From positions 108,397-172,396 of the forward strand of contig JBBISH010000002.1 in NCBI GenBank assembly GCA_037441385.1: 64,000 bases of DNA, in the 5' to 3' direction. The notes below the pieces were generated by a model that was not told the DNA's origin, did no database searches, and saw only the letters and a list, made by a program, of their open reading frames with translations. This DNA is from Myxococcales bacterium (GTDB lineage: Bacteria; Myxococcota_A; UBA9042). Below are positions 19,690-29,585 of the stretch, piece after piece; position 1 is the first letter of the stretch; each line of letters begins with the position of its first letter. The position numbers and the translations under genes are program-made.

Positions 19690-19760
19690 TCGCTCAGGCG
19701 ACCGAACTTCGCAGAACCAGTACGAGCACCACCAGTACGAGCACAGAGGGGGAGGAATCC

Positions 19761-21008
19761 ATGCCACGCAACGACAAAATCATCGCCGGACTCGACGTCG
19801 GAACCCACAAGGTCGTCGCCGTCGTCGGCGAGGTCAAGGGCGACGGCTCGCTCGACATCATCGGGGTCGGCACCGCGGCGTCGAACGGCATCAAGAAGGG
19901 CGTGGTCGTCAACGTCACCGAGACCATGGAGGCGATCCAGCGCGCCATTCACGAGGCCGAGACGATGGCCGGTTGCACGGTGGCGGCGGTCTACGTGACC
20001 GTATCGGGCGCGCACCTGCGCTCGTTCAACAACCGCGGCGTGGTGGCGGTGCAGAGCCGCGAGGTGACCGAGGCGGACGTGGACCGCGTGCTCGACAACG
20101 CCAAGGCCGTGCAGATCCCGGCCGACCGCCAGATCATCCACACTGTCCCGCAGGAATTCGTGGTCGACGACAACGACGGCATCGTCCACCCCATCGGCAT
20201 CAGCGGCCAGCGCCTGCAGGTCAACGTGCACATCCTGACCGCGCTCAACGCGAGCGTGCAGAACGTGGTGCAGTGCGCGGAGCGGGCGGGCCTGCACGTG
20301 CTCAAGACGTCTGCGGAACCCTTGGCTTCGGCGCGCGCGGTGCTGGAAGACGACGACAAGGAACTGGGCGTGGTGCTCGCCGACATTGGCGCAGGAACGA
20401 CTGATATCGCGATTTATCACAATGGGTTTATCGTCCACTCGGCCGTGCTGCCGGTGGGCGGCGACCACATCACCAACGACATCGCCGTGGGCCTGCGCAC
20501 GCCCAAGGCCGAGGCCGAGCGCATCAAGCTGCTGCACGGTTGCGCGCAGTCGACCATGGTCGGCGACGACGAAACCATCGAAGTGGCCTGCGTGGGCGCC
20601 CGCGAAGGCGTGGTGCGCAAGCGCCAGTTGCTGTGCGACATCATCGAACCCCGCATGGAAGAAGTGTTCCGCCTGATCGAGCGCGAAATCCAGGCCAGCA
20701 ACTTCCAAGACGTCATCGGCTCGGGCTTGGTCCTGAGCGGCGGTAGCGCGCTGATGCCCGGCGTGGCCGAGCTGGGCGAAGAGCTGCTGGGCATGCCGGT
20801 GCGCATCGGCTACCCCAAGAAAGTGGGCGGCTTGCGCGAGATGGTGCACTCGCCCGTGTTCTCGGCCGCGCTGGGCCTGGTCATGCAGGGTGCGGCCGAA
20901 GAGGCCGAGCTCGCGCGCAAGGCCGACGGCAAGCTGCTGCGGCGCGGCCAAGGCGGCAAGGGCGGCTGGTTCGACCGCCTGGTCGGCTGGGTGCGCGACG
21001 TGGTGTGA
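19761..21008 (+). CDS. ftsA: Cell division protein FtsA
   Basis: GLDVGTHKV, GIKKG, DIGAGTTD, GGDHITNDIA, AERIK, VLSGG; GGAGG RBS. Confidence 0.97.
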   Translation: MPRNDKIIAGLDVGTHKVVAVVGEVKGDGSLDIIGVGTAASNGIKKGVVVNVTETMEAIQRAIHEAETMAGCTVAAVYVTVSGAHLRSFNNRGVVAVQSREVTEADVDRVLDNAKAVQIPADRQIIHTVPQEFVVDDNDGIVHPIGISGQRLQVNVHILTALNASVQNVVQCAERAGLHVLKTSAEPLASARAVLEDDDKELGVVLADIGAGTTDIAIYHNGFIVHSAVLPVGGDHITNDIAVGLRTPKAEAERIKLLHGCAQSTMVGDDETIEVACVGAREGVVRKRQLLCDIIEPRMEEVFRLIEREIQASNFQDVIGSGLVLSGGSALMPGVAELGEELLGMPVRIGYPKKVGGLREMVHSPVFSAALGLVMQGAAEEAELARKADGKLLRRGQGGKGGWFDRLVGWVRDVV

Positions 21009-21103
21009 GCCACAGAATCTTTGCAACGGAACCGGGGTTTCAGCCCCAGAACATAGACTTGAACTCGATTGACCCAATCCCAGTACCCTCGTAGGAGCTC
21101 CCC

Positions 21104-22516
21104 ATGTTCGAATCGATCAGCTTTGACCGGCCGCAGGCTGCCGGTGCTCGTATCAAGGTGGTCGGCGTCGGTGGCTGTGGCGGCAACGCCGTCAACAACC
21201 TCATCGGCTCGGATCTGCCGCATATCCACTTCCTGGCCGCGAACACCGACCAGCAGGCGCTCGACGCCAACCTGGCCGGCGTCAAGCTGCAAATCGGCGC
21301 AGGCCTGACCAACGGTCTGGGCGCGGGCGGCGATCCGGAAGTCGGCCATCGCGCCGCGTTGGAGGATATCGACGCCCTTCGCCAGCACTTCTTGGACGCC
21401 GACATGGTGTTCATCACCGCCGGCATGGGCGGCGGCACGGGTACTGGCGCGGCGCCCGTGGTGGCCCAGACCGCCCGCGACGCGGGCGCTTTGACGGTGG
21501 CGGTGGTGACCAAGCCGTTCTCGTTCGAAGGCCGCCAGCGCATCCGCCAGGCCGAAGAGGGCCTTCGCGAGCTGGCCCAGGCCGTCGACACGCTGATCGT
21601 CATTCCCAACGACCGCATCTTCCAGATCGCCAACCCGCGCATGCCGATCAAAGAGGCCTTCCGCATGGTCGATTCGGTAGTGGTCGAGGCGGTGCGCGGC
21701 ATCAGCGACATGATCGCCATCCCCGGCCTCATCAACGTCGACTTCGCCGACGTCAAGGCCATCATGAAGGGCAAGGGCATGGCGCTGATGGGTACGGGCC
21801 GCGGCGCCGGCGAAGAGCGCGCGATCCTTGCCGCCAAGCAGGCCATCTCCAGCCCGCTGCTGGAAGACGCCCGCATCGAGGGCGCGACCGGCCTGCTGGT
21901 GACCATCTCGGGCAGCTCGGACATGTCGATCGCCGACCTGAACGACGCCATGATGCTGATCCAAGACGCCACCGGCGCCGACACCAACACCATTTTTGGC
22001 ACCACAGTGGACGAGAGCCTGGGCGAAGAGATCAAGGTGACGGTCGTGGCCACGGGCTTCGATCGCGCCGCCGTGGTGCGGGCCCAGGATCACCAGCAGA
22101 CGCGGATCTACGGTTCGCAGCGCGCCGCCACCGAGCGGCCGGCCCTGCAGGTGGTGCCGCCGCCGCCGCCGCTGCAGCGCGCCCACAGCGACGAAGCCCC
22201 CGTCTATGCAGTGGCTTTGGCCGCTCACGAGCGCGCGGCGATGGCCCAGCACGCGCAGAGCGCCGCCACCTTGGCGGTCCACACCGCCACCACCCGCCCG
22301 CTGCCCACGCAGATTGCGCAACCGGCTATGGAAGCTCCGCCGCTGCCGCGCCACGAGCACGAACTGGATGAGCCGGCCTTTATGCGCAAGAACACGCCGG
22401 GTTACGGCCTACCGGCCGTGGGCTCGCTGCTGGGAGCCAAGCGCGAACCGGTGGTGCACAACCCCTTCACCAACAACATCGAAGAGGTCGATCGCCCGGC
22501 GTTCCGCCGCAAGTAG
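21104..22516 (+). CDS. ftsZ: Cell division GTPase FtsZ
   Basis: GVGGCGGNAVN, NTDQQAL, GMGGGTGTG, PFSFEG, INVDFADV, VVATG. Confidence 0.98.
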   Translation: MFESISFDRPQAAGARIKVVGVGGCGGNAVNNLIGSDLPHIHFLAANTDQQALDANLAGVKLQIGAGLTNGLGAGGDPEVGHRAALEDIDALRQHFLDADMVFITAGMGGGTGTGAAPVVAQTARDAGALTVAVVTKPFSFEGRQRIRQAEEGLRELAQAVDTLIVIPNDRIFQIANPRMPIKEAFRMVDSVVVEAVRGISDMIAIPGLINVDFADVKAIMKGKGMALMGTGRGAGEERAILAAKQAISSPLLEDARIEGATGLLVTISGSSDMSIADLNDAMMLIQDATGADTNTIFGTTVDESLGEEIKVTVVATGFDRAAVVRAQDHQQTRIYGSQRAATERPALQVVPPPPPLQRAHSDEAPVYAVALAAHERAAMAQHAQSAATLAVHTATTRPLPTQIAQPAMEAPPLPRHEHELDEPAFMRKNTPGYGLPAVGSLLGAKREPVVHNPFTNNIEEVDRPAFRRK

Positions 22517-22535
22517 TCCCCAAACCCAACGTTGG

Positions 22536-22591
22536 CCAAAAAACGCACCGGGCGGCGCCACTGGCAGGTGGGCCGCCCGGTTTCGTTTTGG
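22536..22591. terminator. Probable bidirectional intrinsic terminator
   Basis: Stem ACCGGGCGGC (22547-22556) / GCCGCCCGGT (22572-22581) flanked by an A-tract and a T-rich tract, between convergent genes. Confidence 0.7.
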
Positions 22592-22610
22592 GCGGTGGAT
22601 GCGAGGTAGG

Positions 22611-24938
22611 CTACGGCATCGCGTCGATAAAGGCAGTGCGCGTCACCTGGCGGACCAGGTCGGTCAGGCCGCCCGGCGCCATCAAGGCCTGCAGATCCAT
22701 GGCCTTGATGAACTCAAAGCCGGCCACATAGGCGCGCTTGGCTTTGGCGGTGGTCATTTCGGCGCCGTAGCTGGTCAGATCGGGCAACGTCAGCGGCTTG
22801 CCGGCCTGGTCCTGGGGCACCACCACCAACCACTTCAGGCCGTTTTCACCCTGCAGGTTCAGGCGATAGGCCTGCGCCGCCGCCACGGCGTTGATCGTCA
22901 GCGTGCCAGTCGCGGGGTTGAAGGTCGAGCCAATCGGCATGTCCAAGAAGTCCACGGGCTTGAAGGCGGCCGGCACCGGACCGGGCGCGCTGATCGAGAT
23001 CGAGCCGCCCTCTTTCTTGCCCTTGCCGCCGAGCACGATCGCCGCTGTCACCATCACGTGGTTGTCGGCGCCGTAGCGCAGACCGCTGTGCAGCGGGCCC
23101 ACGGCGAGCGGCAGCGGCTGCTGCCCTGGGGTCTTTTGGTCCGCGTCCACGATGCCGTCGGCCGGATCTTCGGCCAGCGTCGAGTCCGAGCCCGCGGTCA
23201 GGCCCAGCGGCACGATCTCGCCCAGCGGCAGCAGGGCGCCGCCGATGACGAACGCCACGTCTGCCCAGCCATTGGCGGTCTTGGGCATTGGCGGAACGGT
23301 CACCTGCGTCTTGTGCAGCAGCGGGAAGTCCGGCTCGATCTTGGGCAAATCCTTGATCGGGCTGGCCATCGTCTCGCCCAGCGCCACGTCGAACTGAACG
23401 TGCGAGCGGAAGCCGGCCAGGTACGGCAGCAGCACCGACACCACGCGCCCGATATTCACTCCGTCTTCCACCGCCGACAGCAACTTGCCCATTTCGGCAA
23501 TCACGGTGGTCAGTTGCAGCCGCCCAGCCAGCGTCCACTGGGTGTGCATGCCGGGGGGCCCGGCCATGATGTACTGGGTCACCACGGGCTTGCCCAGCAC
23601 GAACGTCACGCCGCCAGGAATCTCTTGCGGCTTACCCGGTTGCGGATTGACGTACGACGGGGCCTGCGGATCGAAGGGGCGCCGCACGTTGGGGCCCAGG
23701 ATCGAATCGACCGAGAAGTTGAGCAGCTGCGAGTCAAAGGCGAGCGCCGTCAAGCCCAGCGCCGCTTCGCCGGTACCGGGGTAGTTCACCGTGCCGCGCA
23801 CCGCGTCGCCGTGAATCACCTTGGTCTCGGCGGGTACGACCTTGCCATCGGCGTCAAAGGTCAGCTCGGCGTAGTGGTGCAGCGGCGTGGGCAGCAGCAG
23901 GTCGGCGGCCTTACCCGCTGGGTCATAGCGCAGCACCGACACGGCGGCGTGGTCCGTGGCCACCACGTGGACATCGGCGGGGAACTTCACGTTGGCAAAC
24001 GCGGCCTGGCCGTCAGTCAGATCGACCACTTGCGCAGCCTCTGGGGTCGCAGCGTCGGCCAGCCCGATGACCACCACCTTGCCCTTGACCGGCTGCCACG
24101 AGTACTCGTCGATCGCCGTCACGCGCAGGTTCTTGCCGTCGGGCACCGCGCCCAGGTTCCACAGCGTCGCCGGCTTGGAGGGGCCCGTGCTCGACCCTTT
24201 GACCTTGGCGGTGATGGTGGTGGTGCCGCCCTTGCTACCCGCGGTGAGGGTCTGGTCCTTCAAGCTGAACGACTCCGAGGCCGCGAGCGTCCACTCAAAC
24301 GCCGCGTCCACCTTGACGTTGCCAACGGAGTCGACCGCCTGGGCGCCCAAGCCGCTCGGCGCGTCCAAAGTGGCGCCGGGGGCGGTGATCCAAACCGGGC
24401 GGAGCAAGCGGGCGCTGAGGCTCGCGTCGGCCAGCGCGGCGATGCAGCCACCTTGCGAACAAACTTGACCCTTTTCGCACTGGCTGTCAGCCGCGCACAT
24501 GGTCTGGATGCACTGGCCCGAGTCCTGGTCGCAGCCGCAGGTAAAGGCCTTGTCGGGGCAGCCGGCGGCGATGCCGTTCTTGGCGGCGCAGTCCTTGTCG
24601 GTGTCGCAGACGAACTTGACCGCGCAGCAGCCGGCGACGCACTCGTAGTTGCTGACGGGCTTGGGGCACAGGCTCAGGTCGTCTTGGCCCTGGGCGTTCA
24701 GGCAAGAGGGCAACGCGCCGCAGGCGTTGGCCGTTTCACCGCCGGCGGTGTCCGCGGGCGCCGCGTCGCTGGTGGCGGCGTCGGCCAGCGGCACATCGCT
24801 GCTGATGTCTTTGGCGGTGGCCGTGTCGGCAGTGGTCTTGGTCCCGCTGTCGCTGCCGCACGCCGAAAGCGTGAGCAGGGCAGCCAACAGCGCGGCGACC
24901 GTCGCCTTGGCACCCCTGAACTGGACAACTGTGCGCAT
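22611..24938 (-). CDS. Large lipoprotein with Cys-rich N-terminal module and Ig-like/beta-rich body
   Basis: AGGAG RBS; lipobox LSA-C-GSD; Asp/Thr linker; 16 Cys in about 95 aa (CxxDxDC-type repeats). Confidence 0.7.
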   Translation of the reverse strand: MRTVVQFRGAKATVAALLAALLTLSACGSDSGTKTTADTATAKDISSDVPLADAATSDAAPADTAGGETANACGALPSCLNAQGQDDLSLCPKPVSNYECVAGCCAVKFVCDTDKDCAAKNGIAAGCPDKAFTCGCDQDSGQCIQTMCAADSQCEKGQVCSQGGCIAALADASLSARLLRPVWITAPGATLDAPSGLGAQAVDSVGNVKVDAAFEWTLAASESFSLKDQTLTAGSKGGTTTITAKVKGSSTGPSKPATLWNLGAVPDGKNLRVTAIDEYSWQPVKGKVVVIGLADAATPEAAQVVDLTDGQAAFANVKFPADVHVVATDHAAVSVLRYDPAGKAADLLLPTPLHHYAELTFDADGKVVPAETKVIHGDAVRGTVNYPGTGEAALGLTALAFDSQLLNFSVDSILGPNVRRPFDPQAPSYVNPQPGKPQEIPGGVTFVLGKPVVTQYIMAGPPGMHTQWTLAGRLQLTTVIAEMGKLLSAVEDGVNIGRVVSVLLPYLAGFRSHVQFDVALGETMASPIKDLPKIEPDFPLLHKTQVTVPPMPKTANGWADVAFVIGGALLPLGEIVPLGLTAGSDSTLAEDPADGIVDADQKTPGQQPLPLAVGPLHSGLRYGADNHVMVTAAIVLGGKGKKEGGSISISAPGPVPAAFKPVDFLDMPIGSTFNPATGTLTINAVAAAQAYRLNLQGENGLKWLVVVPQDQAGKPLTLPDLTSYGAEMTTAKAKRAYVAGFEFIKAMDLQALMAPGGLTDLVRQVTRTAFIDAMP

Positions 24939-25041
24939 CCTTTTCTCCTGCGGGCGGGCCTGGGCGCCCGCACCATGAAACCTATGGGCCTGCAGCATAG
25001 CGGCGTGCGGCGATCGCCACAAGAACAAGCCCGGCACGGAA

Positions 25042-25617
25042 TCAACTGAATTTGGTGCGGCCAGCCTTGCGCAGCAGCTCCAGGTCCAGCCGGTCGGCGT
25101 CGCCCTCAGGCTGCTTCACCGTCGCCACGGAAGTCGGCGAATTTTGCTGAGTTCGCTGCTCGAACCAACCCAGGCGCTCGTCGGTCAGGGCCATTCGGGC
25201 GCGGAAGTGCCGCTGCACACTTTGCGCCAGCTTGTCGGTCTGCCGCGACGAGGGCGGCACCATCACCCGATCGGGCAACGGCTCGGCGATGCGGAAGTCG
25301 CCAATGCGTCGCGCCCCCTTGCCGCGGTCGTCGCCGACCTGGCGGAGCAGCGCTCCGGTTTGCGCCAGCAGCGCGGTGATCTGTGCGGGATCCGGTCCGG
25401 CCGCGGCAGGCGCCGTTTCCTCAGCCGTCGGCGGGGCTTCTGGGGCCGCCGGTTCATCGCTCTCTGGCGGAAAGAGCGCCGTGTGCACCTGCCACAGAAC
25501 CGTGCGAATTTCCTGGCGCACAGCCTTGTCCACGCCGGGATTGCGGGCGTACTCCGCCAACTTGGCGGCGTCGGCGTGCAAGGCCGCCACACGATCATCG
25601 GACGGTGGCGCCGTCAC
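25042..25617 (-). CDS. Hypothetical protein
   Basis: GTG start overlaps the DUF192 stop (GTGA); codon pattern and operon fit. Confidence 0.55.
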   Translation of the reverse strand: MTAPPSDDRVAALHADAAKLAEYARNPGVDKAVRQEIRTVLWQVHTALFPPESDEPAAPEAPPTAEETAPAAAGPDPAQITALLAQTGALLRQVGDDRGKGARRIGDFRIAEPLPDRVMVPPSSRQTDKLAQSVQRHFRARMALTDERLGWFEQRTQQNSPTSVATVKQPEGDADRLDLELLRKAGRTKFS

Positions 25618-26228
25618 GGGTGCCCCACTGCGTCCGCCAGCTCGCGAAATTCCAACACCGAGCCGCGATCGATGTGAAGCGCCTCTGCCTGACCCGCGGC
25701 CAACTCCAGCACGTAGCGCGACGGAGCCGCTACGCCGCGGCTGGTCTCGGTCAGCGGTGCCGCTCGCGCGACCACCCCAGCCACGCGCCAGTCTTCGTCG
25801 ATGAAGATCATATCCAGCGCAATCAGGGTGTTCCGCATCCAAAACTGCCACGGCCGCCGATCCGGCATGAAGAACAGCATCCCGCTGTCGTCGGCCAAAC
25901 TGCGCCGATACATCAGCCCTTGCTCGCGTTCCAAGGGCGATCGCGCCAGCTCGACCTTGAGCACGGGCCCGGCAGACCGACCGGCGATCCGCACCTCGCC
26001 GCGGCCGACAAAGAGCGCCGGATCGGCCCTGGGCTCCTGCGCAGGGGCCGCGCCCACGCGTTCTGGGGCGGGCGTGGCGTCCTCGGCCTGGGCAGGCGGT
26101 CGCGTGCACGCTGACGTGGCGACGGCAAGGGCGGCGAGGGAGAGCGCCCCAAGCCGTGCCCCAACCGCGGCGAAGCCCAGCCTGGTCCCGCGCCCCTGAC
26201 CTTTGCTGCTGATTTCGGGCCGTTGCAC
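25614..26228 (-). CDS. DUF192 family lipoprotein
   Basis: VELARSPLEREQGLMYR, GMLF, FWMRNTLIALDMIFI, YVLELAAG; lipobox TSA-C; GGAGG RBS. Confidence 0.9.
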   Translation of the reverse strand: MQRPEISSKGQGRGTRLGFAAVGARLGALSLAALAVATSACTRPPAQAEDATPAPERVGAAPAQEPRADPALFVGRGEVRIAGRSAGPVLKVELARSPLEREQGLMYRRSLADDSGMLFFMPDRRPWQFWMRNTLIALDMIFIDEDWRVAGVVARAAPLTETSRGVAAPSRYVLELAAGQAEALHIDRGSVLEFRELADAVGHP

Positions 26229-26308
26229 ACCGCCTCCGCCTGGATGTCCCGCAGAACCACCGCTCGATTGTCGGCGTCGCAACGGCCCGCCGCAACCGCC
26301 AACTGCCC

Positions 26309-26935
26309 TCAACCTTCGCTGTCCGGGCGTTTTCGACCCAGCGAGAGGCTGCCCAGCGGCCGGCGAGCAGCGACGGGCACGGGCAGCGGCGCAGGCTCCT
26401 CGTCGGCGCCTTCCTCCGCCTCGCGGGCGTCCAGCCAGCTCTCTAGCGCCTGCTCAAAGCGGGGATCGTCAACGAAGTAGCTCTGCGACAGGCAGAATTC
26501 CACCAGACGCTCGGCACTCTGCTGGTTCTGCAGATCGTTCCAGCGCCTCTGCAGGCCGGGGTGAACCGCCAGCACCGTGCGGAACGACCGAAACGGCTTG
26601 CTCCCCTGCAGCGCCGCGGTCAGCTGCGTCTTGGCCTTGCCGGCGCGCAGGTCGTCCACGAATTGCTGTGCCGCGGCAAAGGCTTCGTCGCTCTCTTGGT
26701 AAGGGATCTCGATCCAATTCGCGTCGCGCCACAGGCGTTCTTCAAATCGCTGCACCGTGGCGGCCCGCTGCTTGCCGCGCGGCGCCTCGAACAGCTCGCC
26801 GGTCGCCGGGTTCCAGTGGCTCATGCTGACCGGGCTGGCGCGGGCGAACAGGCGCACCAAATCGGGCCACTGACCGCGCACGGGGCGCAGCTCGTTGCCT
26901 GGATCTTCGGCCAAATGGTTGCCTTTGCCCGTCAT
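26309..26935 (-). CDS. UPF0158 family protein
   Basis: NPATGE, IPYQESDEAF..QQFV, LTAALQGSKPFRSFRTVL..HP...RRW. Confidence 0.75.
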   Translation of the reverse strand: MTGKGNHLAEDPGNELRPVRGQWPDLVRLFARASPVSMSHWNPATGELFEAPRGKQRAATVQRFEERLWRDANWIEIPYQESDEAFAAAQQFVDDLRAGKAKTQLTAALQGSKPFRSFRTVLAVHPGLQRRWNDLQNQQSAERLVEFCLSQSYFVDDPRFEQALESWLDAREAEEGADEEPAPLPVPVAARRPLGSLSLGRKRPDSEG

Positions 26936-27046
26936 CTTCCCCGCATCCGCTCCGTGCACCACAAGCTGGCGCGCCGGCCGCGGCGACCTCGCCCGTACCC
27001 GACGCGGTGACAGTCTTGCCGGCCCGCGCCCGGGGCGCAAGCATCT

Positions 27047-28156
27047 GTGCGGCATCTGGCGTTCAGCGCGCATCTGCGCCATCCTGGTCGGCGGGAGGAC
27101 ACGACCTTGCTGTCGCAGTACCAACTCGGTCAACTCTACGCCGGCCTCCGCCGGGCCGTGCGATCGCGGCGGTGGCCCGAGGCCAGCCACCTGCTCGCCC
27201 AGGCGCTGGGGATGGAGTTGCCTGGCCAGCCCACCGAGGCCGAGATCGCCGCCGCTGCGGGCAGCCACCTGGTCCGCCAGCTCAGCTACCGCGGCTTCAA
27301 GCCCGCCGAATTGACCATGGTGGTCGCCGACTTGAAGCCGGTCGTCAAGCTCGAAGACATCCCGATCGAACAGGCGCGGCGGTTTGCCGCTCGCACGTCG
27401 GCTGGCCGCAAGGTGTTGATTGGCGAGGCCTATCGCAAAGACTACCTGCTCTTGCGCTCGGACCCGTGCTCGCCCGACGACCCGAACGCGCTGGTGTGTG
27501 TTTTCGTGAGCGCTGGCGACCAGGCCGCCGAATTGGCCAAGCTCGAAAACACCGCGCGCGAGGATGCGCAGGCCGCTGGCCAGCTTTTGGGTTTCCCCAA
27601 GTGTTGCGTAGACGCATTTTGCGCCGATTTCGAGCGGTCGCGCGTCGATCAAGACACGATCAACGACGACGCCGTGCGCCGCATGCTCGCCGAGGCCGCC
27701 CCGCCAACGTTTGCACCGTGGAAGTTAAATCCGTTGGCCGACGGCGAACTTCTGGGCTTCTTCCCCTGCCGCGCCAACTGCCCAGAGGCGCTACAGCGCG
27801 CCGACCGCGTGATCGCCGCCATGGAGGGACTGCGCCCCGACGAGCTCGAGCGCATTCATCGCCGCCTGAATCGTCCGGCCCTGTTTTGGCGCCTGCCCTT
27901 CTTTGCGGTAGCGCGCGGGGTGTGGCGCGGGCCGGTGTTGTACCTGCGGGAGTTGCGGGTAAATGCCTTTGCTGATCGCGAGGTTCGCGCGGCACAGGCG
28001 CTACTGGCGGCCCACCTGACCTCTTGGCTGCAGCCCGGCTGCGGCATCTCGGTCGAAGATGGCCAACTGGTTCGCTGGCGCGGCGATCGGCGCGACGGGC
28101 GGTTGGCGGCCAACCCCGGTTCGGCCCCCCTGCTCTGCGGCTGGCGCGACGAGTAG
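27047..28156 (+). CDS. Cys-motif hypothetical protein, DUF483-like
   Basis: GFKP, GQLLGFPKCCVDAF and FFPCRANC motifs. Confidence 0.55.
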   Translation: MRHLAFSAHLRHPGRREDTTLLSQYQLGQLYAGLRRAVRSRRWPEASHLLAQALGMELPGQPTEAEIAAAAGSHLVRQLSYRGFKPAELTMVVADLKPVVKLEDIPIEQARRFAARTSAGRKVLIGEAYRKDYLLLRSDPCSPDDPNALVCVFVSAGDQAAELAKLENTAREDAQAAGQLLGFPKCCVDAFCADFERSRVDQDTINDDAVRRMLAEAAPPTFAPWKLNPLADGELLGFFPCRANCPEALQRADRVIAAMEGLRPDELERIHRRLNRPALFWRLPFFAVARGVWRGPVLYLRELRVNAFADREVRAAQALLAAHLTSWLQPGCGISVEDGQLVRWRGDRRDGRLAANPGSAPLLCGWRDE

Positions 28157-28493
28157 ACCCCAATCATCTGGCAGGTCTTGCGCCGACGGCCTGGGCGGCA
28201 AAGGCCGCCGAATGGTCTGGCAATGGGTACCGTCCGCCCCGGCAGGCTCGCCTGTACGCGGTTGGAAATGCGCGGTTGTGTGCGTGCGCTTTTCGGCGAT
28301 GACGAAATGAACCTTGCCAGCACCGCCGGCAACCAACGGGTGAACTGCACAACTGGGTGCAGCGATGGATCGGATCGGGTCATGGCCGTCGCCCCAATCA
28401 GACCAGAACGCGGCTTGGCGGGTTCTGCACGCTATTTCGACGCATTGGGCGCAAAGTGGCGGCTGGCTGCCGGCGAGCAGAGGGCTGGTTAGG

Positions 28494-28522
28494 TTGACAC
28501 TGAGGGCCGAGCCTTCTAAAGT
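28494..28522 (+). promoter_or_regulatory. Sigma70-type promoter upstream of the polysaccharide export operon
   Basis: TTGACA, 17 bp spacer, TAAAGT in a long intergenic region. Confidence 0.6.
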
Positions 28523-28895
28523 AGGGTCGCTTAGGCGTATGTCGCGATGCATGCGCGTGCGGCCGAATTAGGGTTGGCGGTGGCGCCGGACAGAATGACC
28601 GGTGCAAGAAAGCGACGAAGGCAGATTCGATTCGGCACCTGAAATTGCACGCGATCATGAAATTGCACGCGATCAATGCTGTGCGCGACGACGACGAGGG
28701 ATGGAAATGCAGAGGACCAATACCCACCGCGCCGATCAACGCTTCGAAATGCCGTCGGTCGGCGCTGCGCTGTCGACGGGCATGGTACGGGCGTCGGATC
28801 TGGGCAGGGCGTCGGATCTGGACTCGGACGTGGGCGGCGCCTGGTTCGGCGATGTGGCCGGTAAGCTGAATGTGATCGGCAAGCTGAAGGGAATC

Positions 28896-29462
28896 ATGCG
28901 ATTGGATATGTCTTTGCGCATTCTCGCCGCGGCGGTGATCGGTACGTTGTGCCTGGGCGCGGCGCTCTGGGTGGGCGCAGAAGAGGCCAGCAAGTCCGAT
29001 CCCAGCCAGATCGAGCGGCAGGTCGAGCAGGCCCACAACTACGTCGAACGCATCCGCGCCATGGTGCAGACCGGCTTCAACGAGCGCGAAGAAGCCCGCA
29101 ATTCTCAGAATGTGTCGCGCGTCAACTGCGTCAGCGAAGCCTTGGCGACCTTGAAGGGCATGCTCAAGATCGCAGAGAGCATGTACGTGGCGATGCAGGA
29201 GTGTGCCTCGCGCAAAGACGCTGGTTGCACGGAAAGCGAATACGTCAAGATCTCCATTACTTTCAACAAGTGCGAAGAACTCGAAGGTCAGCTGAAAGGC
29301 TGCGGCGGACCGTCCATCGACGGCGCCATCGACGGCCGGCCGGTCATCGAGAAAGTGGTGGAAGATCTTCCCGATATCAAACCGACCCAGGGGCTGACCG
29401 ACATCTCGCCTCTGTTGGAGAACCCGCCGTCGGCGAGCGTCTTCTTCAAGATGGGCGGCTAA
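28896..29462 (+). CDS. Secreted alpha-helical Cys-containing protein heading the export operon
   Basis: Signal peptide, helical EEARNSQNVSRVNCVSEAL...EYVKISI segment, Pro-rich tail (NPPSAS); start may lie further upstream. Confidence 0.7.
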   Translation: MRLDMSLRILAAAVIGTLCLGAALWVGAEEASKSDPSQIERQVEQAHNYVERIRAMVQTGFNEREEARNSQNVSRVNCVSEALATLKGMLKIAESMYVAMQECASRKDAGCTESEYVKISITFNKCEELEGQLKGCGGPSIDGAIDGRPVIEKVVEDLPDIKPTQGLTDISPLLENPPSASVFFKMGG

Positions 29463-29585
29463 CGTACGCAGTTCGCTCTGCAGCAAAGTCGCACTCGATC
29501 GAGGCGGCTGCGGCGGAGTGAGCGCCTGGACGAATCGAACTCGGTCCGATCGCGATCGGCCCGGGAACTCGGTCAGCGAGGACTG

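Noticed and set aside
22206..25049. 947-aa plus-strand ORF (likewise 34402-36846 +, 13266-15758 -, 32554-34257 -)
   Set aside because: Shadows of well-supported genes on the opposite strand
28523..28895. ops/JUMPStart element or sigma54 promoter in the export operon leader
   Set aside because: Only partial matches (GGCGGTGG; GG-N11-GC spacing instead of N10)
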